Below, piece after piece: positions 23,085-30,312 of a DNA stretch of 30,312 nucleotides. This DNA is from Octopus sinensis (Eukaryota). The position numbers were made by a program, and so were the translations under genes. The notes beneath the pieces were generated by a model. It was given only the letters and a program-made list of their open reading frames with translations. It was not told the origin of the DNA and made no database searches. Where the stretch lies: positions 1 to 30,312 of the forward strand of contig NW_021832623.1 of assembly GCF_006345805.1 (NCBI RefSeq), written 5' to 3'. The stretch's first letter is position 1. Each line of letters begins with the position of its first letter.

Positions 23085-23745
23085 TTTTATATGATTGGAT
23101 TTTTTGTTTTTACGTCTTAATGATTTAAAACAAATAATAATATTAAACAAATATCTTTTTAAACAAATATCGAATAGCTTTCAGATATAAAAGAAAATTT
23201 ATTGGAATATTTTTTTAAAAATTGAGTAAATTGTGATTTCATTTGCCTGAATTCTCATCTAAACATAATCTAACTTAACAAACCTCAATTTTTCACATAT
23301 TTGACACTGAGGAGAACATTGACAGAGAATGCACCAATCCATCCATCTCTAATTTCTTTAATCCATTATAATCTATTTGATTAAATTTAATTCATTGAAA
23401 ATCAAATCAAATTCCATACAAAAATTCAAAATGTTTGAATTAGATAATGTTCGGGTTGGATAATCTTTCTTTAAAAAACTTTTTAGAATTGAATAAACAT
23501 AACCTAATGATAAAATTGACCAAATTAATTCCGTTTTTATCAGTTTTTTATTTTAAAAATTTACTTTGAAACCGAGTGACTATTGAAAGGTCAATTTAAT
23601 GCCAAATAACCCCCAAATATATTATTGGCTCTTTCTTGAATAAACATATTTTTGATTATTAATTTTAAAAATAATTATATATTATCACTAATATTTTGAT
23701 TTATATATATTCTATTATTTACTTGCATTATCTTTGGTGGACTCA

Positions 23746-25204
23746 ATGCACCTGACTCAAATTAATGAGATTGCACAGTTTATGAACACACAATCATTAT
23801 TTCGAAAAAGGATAGTATATTCATTATTAATATCTTTAACAATATCCATAATTCTATTTATCATAAGGTATATAATAAGTATAATAAATTCAGGAATGAA
23901 ATCCTAACTAGTGACGATTCTACTACAGATCTAATCTCTTACTACATCGCTACTACATTTGGGATATTCTCTCTACTGTCTACTCTTTTTGGTGCTGTTA
24001 GACTTGCATCATCCTTCCTGATTGAGCCTCGTCCCCAAATGGATCAAAGTACGAGAAAACTAATGGGAATAGACCCACATGGTATTACAATACTAAACTA
24101 TATACAGATTCAAGATTTGTTGATGTTTCCAATGTGGATAGTGTTTTATCTAGAGAGAGTGAAACCTTATATAGAGTTAGCCCCTATATATACTAATTGG
24201 AACAGCTCTATCAAACAGGATTGATTAATTCTCACAGCCATTCCCCTTTCAACGATAAAACTGATACAAAACAGATCAGAGATGAAACTGAGAGTTCAAA
24301 TAATATTCCGAATTCGACCGATCAAGTTAATTTTTTATTTCTTTTAGTAAGATGTGGGAATATTTCAATATTGAGTTTTCACAGAGAAGAACTTTGATAA
24401 AAACAATTCGATATGTATTGTGCTTTGTGATAATTTATAAGTTTATATTCTCGCTCATTTTGAAACCTCTTGTGAACAAGATTGCTCAGGATACGACCCA
24501 GGATGGCTCGATTTTATCAAATTCTGACGGGTTTAACAACCCAGTGCTTAATCATGATACATTCTTGAATTATTTCCTCGATTTTCCTGGAGATCGAGAT
24601 TATTTCTTGTCACGACTAAAAAGTTTCTTTAATTTTATGATGTTTTTTAAGATTTAGCTTCTGATCAATATTTGTGCGATTTTTTGTGGAATTCTGGGTC
24701 AAGATTTGGCAATTTTTATTGGAATGCTTCCCGATTGCCCACTGATTCTGCCGTTTGTTGAATTCATTTATTTGTAGATAATATTTCACCTCTTTATGTG
24801 CTATATGGACACTTTGATCACTCCATTAGAATGTGATAACGATAAGTTTTCAAAGAAATATTTTCGATCTTCCCCTTAATTGACAGTATTTTATATTTTA
24901 AATACTTATTTTTAGACACGAGGTTTGATAGCTCCAAATCCTGTGATGTTTACATTCAACAGAATAGCATTAGTCCTCCTAATTATTGTGTGGTTTGGAA
25001 AGGATTAGTTTATACAACTGATCAAGTTGTTTTTGTTATGTATTGTAGGGGGCTAATAATATGTTTGAGACTATTGGGTTGTTCTTTATTGTTATTAAGA
25101 GGCATTTTAATGGAAGGATTGGGTTAGTGTCTGTTTTTCAAAATTTTAGAGTTAAATCACTCAATGAAATATTCGGGAATAAATTAGCTGATCGCTTGCC
25201 GTGA
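23746..25204 (+). CDS. TMEM209: Transmembrane protein 209 (nuclear envelope) orthologue with one apparent frameshift
   Basis: Ten introns of 23-30 nt and two N-terminal hydrophobic segments. LILKPLVNKI, LPTDSA-IIFHLFMCYMDT, QNSISPPNY and GANNMFETIGLFFIVIK match recalled TMEM209 motifs (ILVPLVQEI, LPTDSAIIMHVFCTYLDS, QSAINPPHY, GRNNMFHTLLMFLYIIK). An in-frame TAA at 24877-24879 is resolved by adding one C at 24872-24875. Confidence 0.85.
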
Positions 25205-25261
25205 TTTTTTGTGTTTTTATGTTTTTTTTACTTTTTTATAATGAAATTAAATGTGTTTAGT

Positions 25262-25375
25262 CTGGATAAAATTCATAGCTGAGTGCCTCGGGAAACGTCC
25301 GGCACTCCTCCTGCACGATAAAGTGTGCAGACCGAAAGGGTCAACAGTGCAGCCACAGCGGCACGTGTAGGGACA
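25262..25375 (-). pseudogene. Zinc-knuckle segment of a CRE-like non-LTR retrotransposon
   Basis: [31 protein letters not shown] is the C.CG....G.H.L.C....R..RH motif that normally precedes the EP...RPDG region. Confidence 0.8.
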
Positions 25376-25549
25376 CATTTTATAATTGGCATGGTCAATT
25401 TTATAATTGCCATAATTTATAATTTCAAAGTTAAAATTGTATTTGCTGCTTTTTGTTGATGACAACCTTAATTATGAAATTCGCCGCATTTAATAAAATT
25501 CTATGATGTCGAGTGCAAATTATAAAAAAGAATCTCAAGCTTTGAAAAA

Positions 25550-26096
25550 AAGAAGATAAAACAAATTTCAACTTCATATTCGTCGTTCAAAAGGTAAAAT
25601 AATTAATTACTAAAAAGGTTGGTCAAAAGTTAAATCACGTGCATCGTCTGTAAGTCAAAAGGTATTGCAGCGACTTCAAAAGATCAAAATATTCATGTAA
25701 TTTGAGCTATTTCAACGCGTTAAGAAATCAAACGAGGCTCTTTTAAGTCTGATGGAACAAACAAGTTTGTCAAGAACTATTCTTGCAAGGTCTATGAAAT
25801 AAACAACTCCGGGGCCGTAGTTATAATTGACAAGGTCCCATGCCATTAACGACTGAAGAAAGCCTTCGTGAAGAAGAGTTCACAATGCATCGAATTCTTC
25901 GATTGACGTCATATGCTTTTATGACCAATCCTATTGAAAATGCATGGTCAATTTTGAAGGCAGGAGTGAAAAAAGATTTATCAACTTATCTTCCATCCAT
26001 TTTAAAAAATAATCAAACGTACTTAACGCAAAAAGAACATCGCTTACGGTGTCTTGTGATGATTATTGAAGAAAACATTATAGCAAATATTTAAAT
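25550..26096 (+). pseudogene. Heavily decayed IS630-Tc1-mariner transposase with extended D-E spacing
   Basis: TNFN, SKDQNIHVI*AIS, KRGSF, VVIIDKVPCH and ILRLTSYAFMTNPIENAWSILKAGVK are spread across several frameshifts. It is cut by the Tigger insertion at TA 26097-26098. Confidence 0.7.
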
Positions 26097-26098
26097 TA

Positions 26099-28030
26099 CA
26101 GTAAAACCTCTGGTGCTCGCCATTTTCGGGACCGAAGAAAAAATGGCGAGCAATAGAATTTGGCGAGCAATAGAAATAATCAATAAATTTGTTGACATTG
26201 AAATTTTGAAAACATCTCCGTTTTCGATACTTTCCGATCATAAGTGAGCCTTCCAAGTCATATTTGAGCAAAGAAACAAAGAGAATCGAAAGAAATTAAA
26301 AGGAAAAAATTAACTAAAAAAATCTTTAATAATTTTTTTAATTCAGCCATATTTCTAATAACGGTTTCGATTAGTTACAACGAATTTATATCAAAATTTT
26401 CATTTTGATAAAAGAATGACTTTATTCTTTTCAACATTTTCAAAGCCTCTTCTGAATTCACATGAGATTCGTCATTATGAGTATCTTCATCGGCATATTT
26501 ATGTGGGAAAGAATCTCCAGCAATATTAAGGTAATCTTCAATTTCATCTATTTCGGTAAATTCATGATTAATAAAATCATCTTTATCCACCGGGTCCAAT
26601 ATTTTCAAGATATTTACCATTTGATTATAATTATCAATTTCAACAGTTGGTCTTTCGAATTGATTTTCACATTCGATCCATTTTGAATGTCCGAAACAAT
26701 TTGTAATTGTTTTGGTCGTTACTTTTTTCCAGGCAAAATATGTAAAAAGAAGACCGTCTTTTAAGGTTATTTGTTTATGAGCTTCCAGTGGATTTTCTCC
26801 ATTTTCAATTTTTTCTAACATTAACTTAAATTTAAGTTTATTAAAATGTCCTTTGAAGGATCTAATGATTCCTTGATCCATTGGCTGTAGAATTGTTGTA
26901 GTCTTCGAAGATAGGTAAAGAACTTCAATTGACTGTAAATCAGCGTAAAGTTTATGGGATGGGCATCGATCCACAACTAAAAGAATTTTTCGTTTTTTTA
27001 GATGCCTATCCCATGTTAAAAGCCATTCGTTAAAAATTTTACTTGTCATCCATGCTTTTGGTGAATGACAGTAATCGACAAAATTTTCGACTTTAAAATT
27101 TTTAAAGCAGCGAGGTTTCTGGAACTTTCCAATCATAAGTGGAATTTTTTTGTCTGTCCCAGTCATATTTGAGCATAGCAACAAAGAAAATCTAAAAAAT
27201 AAATAAAAATTAAACCGTTCTTTAAGGATTTTATGTCCATGTCGAACCTTCTGACAAACACTTTTTGAAGGGATAGATTTGTAAAAAATCCCAGTTTCAC
27301 CAGCGTTATAAATGTTTTCAGCATTATATTGTTGAATCTATGCAGAGATCAAAGAAGTAAATGCATCAATTTCTTGTTTCTGATCAACTGCAGTAGATCC
27401 TGATTCTCCATGTAAAGTCCTCAATTTTAAGTTGTTCCGTATCTTGAACTTGCTTAGCCATCCATTGCTGGCTTTAAACTCTTTAATTCCATAAATATTA
27501 GCAATGTTCTTTGCTTTCAACAAAATCGAATTATCGTCCAGAAACCCTCCTCTAAGCTCAATGTATTCCATCCAAGTTAATAGTTCGGTGTCAATAACAG
27601 AATAAGTTAAGTTAGATAATCTCTTCTTATTGGAGAAAATAGGATCAGTGGACATTATTTTCTCTTTTCCAAGTCTTAAATCGTTCACAGCCCTTCGAGA
27701 TATTTTTTTCTTCAAAACAGAAGAAAAAATGTACGCTATACGGTCCATCGTGAGACTTTGTTCTCCTCCATGTACGCAATAATGCGACGTTTTTCATTAA
27801 AAGACAATCTTGTGCACTTACGCATGTTAAATTAGCGTGGTTGAAATATTTTATATAAAAAATAGTTTAACCAAAAAAAATATTTTTAAAAATTAATGGC
27901 GAGATTTAGAAAATGGCGAGCAATAGAATATTTATCAAAATTTACTAGAAATTTTTAATTTTTTGAAAAATATGTGGCGAGCAATAGAGGTGGCGAGTAA
28001 CAGAGGTGGCGAGCACCAGAGGTTTTACTG
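26099..28030 (-). mobile_element. pogo/Tigger DNA transposon, second family, full length
   Basis: Perfect 24-bp TIR CAGTAAAACCTCTGGTGCTCGCCA, TA flanks, and subterminal TGGCGAGCAATAGA repeats at both ends. Confidence 0.95.
26375..27825 (-). pseudogene. Tigger transposase (DD30D), inactivated
   Basis: ATG at 27825, 1-nt deletion near 27757 and TAG at 27338-27340. The first catalytic Asp reads Gly (NAGETG). A 24-nt intron lies at 27192-27215. FKASNGWLSKFK, VVDRCPSH and QPMDQG are present. Confidence 0.9.
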
Positions 28031-28239
28031 TATAAACTTCCAGGTGCAATTCAAATTCAAAACGTGTGATTTTAAAAATAACGTTTATTTTTCATTTTTT
28101 TCTCTAATTTTATACTTTGTCGATTAGTTAAATTGTAAATTGTAAAATTGAAGTCTCGAATTTAACATTTAAGTTGCCGATTATAAAATTGAATTTGTTT
28201 TGGTATAGAATGTTACATTGTCGTCACACATGAGTCTTG

Positions 28240-28710
28240 TTCATCTCCCCTGGAAAATCGTCCACTACCTTATTTACCGGTTCTCGGCACTCTCTACAAA
28301 TAATTCATCGAACCAACAATTGGCTATGCCTGCGCCGCATGATGTACTAATCTCTCATGGTCTAACCGCTTTAAAATTGAGACTACACTATGCCGAGCCG
28401 CAGCTAGCATAACGAAAATTTCCAACTTGAACAACATTATCCCAACTCCGCTTGACCACCTTATTAAGAAAGATAAAAAGGGTTTCTTAGCCATCCCAGG
28501 ACCACCTGCAAAAAGACCAAGACCTTAACAACCAGAAGCACATCACCCCAATTCAATTCCTCACAAAAACTGCTCCCCGCCCGTTCCGCACTTGCGTTGG
28601 GTCCAGAGTCCAACATCGGGAAAAGCTGAGAAAGATCTTGAGGGTTGTTGGAATCACCTAATTAATTACCCTAATTAACTGTTGGTGATTCCTGGGTTAA
28701 ATAAAAAAAT
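28240..28710 (+). pseudogene. 5'-truncated LINE fragment related to the RT piece at 10040-10545
   Basis: PVLGTLYK*FIEPTIGYACAA*CTNLSWSNRFKIE aligns with PVLANIYRKYFEPCIAYACGSWGSRLSWSNRRRIE of the hAT-borne fragment. It ends in an A-rich tract near 28700. Confidence 0.75.
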
Positions 28711-28972
28711 TTTACATTAACTATAAGCACATCAGTGGTCTCAACGATTTTTAACTAATATGATCTTTGGATTTTTTTCTAAACCAATTTGAATTATTTT
28801 AAATTGAGCTCTTTTTTTATTGAAACACAACACACAAATGTAGAAACTAGCGAATTGCAGATTTGTACATTTTTAATATTTGCAATGAAAATACAAATCA
28901 CCAAAATACTGTTAAAAGTTAGATACGTGGATAAAGCATGTTTTACTGTGTTAATTTTGTTTAAATAGTTAG

Positions 28973-30312
28973 TTAACTAATAAGCTCTACAAAATCCGAC
29001 CAGCTGTCCTCCAATGCCCCAGAAAGTTTCCCAACCTTTAATGAATCATACCCACCAATGCTGCTTTTGAACATATCATTCGATATTTGATACCCTTATA
29101 ATATTAAACCATCCAAATATCAACCAAAGGCATATCCATCGTCAACAACCGGGCCAAATCCACCGAATTTAATTGCAGGACCTGACAAAGTTGATCCAGA
29201 AAGTACAAAATGATTCATAAATTTGTAATTATCATCCTGGAATATTTCCAAATTAGTTATATTAGACTCTTCCGCAATACACCGAAGAGCAAATAAATGT
29301 CGGTCAAATCCTTTTCCTTAAAATATTACATATCCTCAACCCGTAGCAGCATCTTTGACTAACAGAGAATGAGCGTCACTTGCTTTTATAAATAATTCTC
29401 GAAGTTCAGACTTTTTCTGAACATTCGATCTTTTTGACATCATTTTGGCAATCTCAATCGCAAAATTTGTGGTAGGACGAATAGTCTCAGTTCTCCCACA
29501 TTTGAACGCTGCAGTAGAACAAGACTCATATGTGGCGACATTGGTCTCAAATGCCCGTCGATAAGCCACCTAAGTAGTTATTTAGGAACTATATTTTTAA
29601 CTTGGAGGAGAATTTGGATGACTGCATCTGGGCCTAATTTGTGTTTTTTGATTATATTCTTATTTATTCTGTTTTCTTGTATAATTTCAATATTCAGAGA
29701 ATTCAGTTTAGTTTCGTGCTTAATTCTGGCATTTTCAATTTGAGAAATTGATTTTGAGTCAAAATTAAATTCTAAAACGTCTTAAATATATAAAAACCTA
29801 GCTTTTCTGGGATCAAACTGCAAGTAGAACCTTCAAAAACAGAATTATTCCTGTTAATTTTGTCAGAAATTTCGTTAATAAAACGCAAAACTGAAATTCC
29901 ATCGCCCCAAGAATGTTCAAAATTGACAGCCGACACACAATCATTATTAACAATAACAGAAAGAGACTTGTCAAACCAACTATTAAAAAGAATTTGTTCG
30001 AAATATATAAACAACCGATTATATGCATTTCCTGCCAGACATCTCAGCAGACAAGACTTTTCATCTTCATGACCGTCCATCACATCAAGACACAAACAAA
30101 ATAGAGATCTATCAATCTGTCTCAAAACATTTTCATTTTCTTAAAAAACAATCTAATAAAGCACTTTGGTAAAAATTAGAGCGAGCCAAAGCCCACTCAT
30201 CTCTTGGTAGAGTTGTGAAATATCCAGGTGAGTGATAGTTTATTATTTGTGCTTGTGGATCGTTATAAATCATTTTTAATGCATTGAAAATGTTATATTC
30301 GGAATAAGGCTC
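28973..30312 (-). CDS. CPT2: Carnitine O-palmitoyltransferase 2, 3' part; the 5' end lies beyond the window
   Basis: Six introns of 24-36 nt give an open frame. FCLCLD, NRWFDKS, NFEHSWGDG (catalytic His), TYESCSTAAFKCGRTETIRP, GKGFDRHLFAL and FGGFGPVVDDGY are present; TAA at 28973-28975. Confidence 0.92.

Noticed and set aside
19090-28030. Short repeated units (CCCCAAAAATAGAGG, TGGCGAGCAATAGA) as a CRISPR-like or novel array
   Set aside because: They are subterminal repeats of pogo/Tigger elements, with no unique spacers and no cas genes, in a eukaryotic context.
12318-28352. Possible reassigned genetic code, because stops repeatedly replace Trp (TGA in the G-beta and LINE relics, TAG/TAA in Tc1 and hAT)
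   Set aside because: All three stop codons are involved and only in decayed elements. Intact genes use TGG for Trp and TMEM209 ends in TGA. Ordinary G-to-A decay explains it.
28733-28760. CAGTGGTCTCAAC resembling a hAT terminus
   Set aside because: No partner end or TSD found in the window.

Overview
This is eukaryotic (very probably animal) genomic DNA from a compact, AT-rich genome with ultra-short GT-AG spliceosomal introns of mostly 21-36 nt, which is why the ORF track is so fragmented. Such introns are known from reduced parasitic animals such as dicyemids and myxozoans; the organism cannot be fixed from this window. Bases 1-9900 (minus strand) hold the 5' three quarters of an apparently intact axonemal inner-arm dynein heavy chain (DNAH6 orthologue). 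I could splice it by hand through about 48 micro-introns, and it is noticeably more GC-rich than the rest of the window. Bases ~9950-28700 are a dense transposon field: a hAT/Buster element carrying a LINE fragment, three Tc1 copies plus two older Tc1/IS630-like relics, two pogo/Tigger elements with perfect TIRs, a Ginger/TDD-like stand-alone integrase, and CRE-like and other LINE RT fragments. Embedded in it are an NPC2/ML-domain gene, a TMEM209 gene with one apparent frameshift, a G-protein beta pseudogene, an 18S rRNA fragment and partial NPC2 duplicates. The window ends in the 3' part of CPT2 (minus). The most notable points are host-sized micro-introns inside transposases of three unrelated superfamilies, the compositional anomaly of the dynein gene, and a CRE retroelement whose two adjacent halves flank a 3.8-kb block containing a host gene. 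All family assignments come from recalled motifs and hand translation, not database searches.
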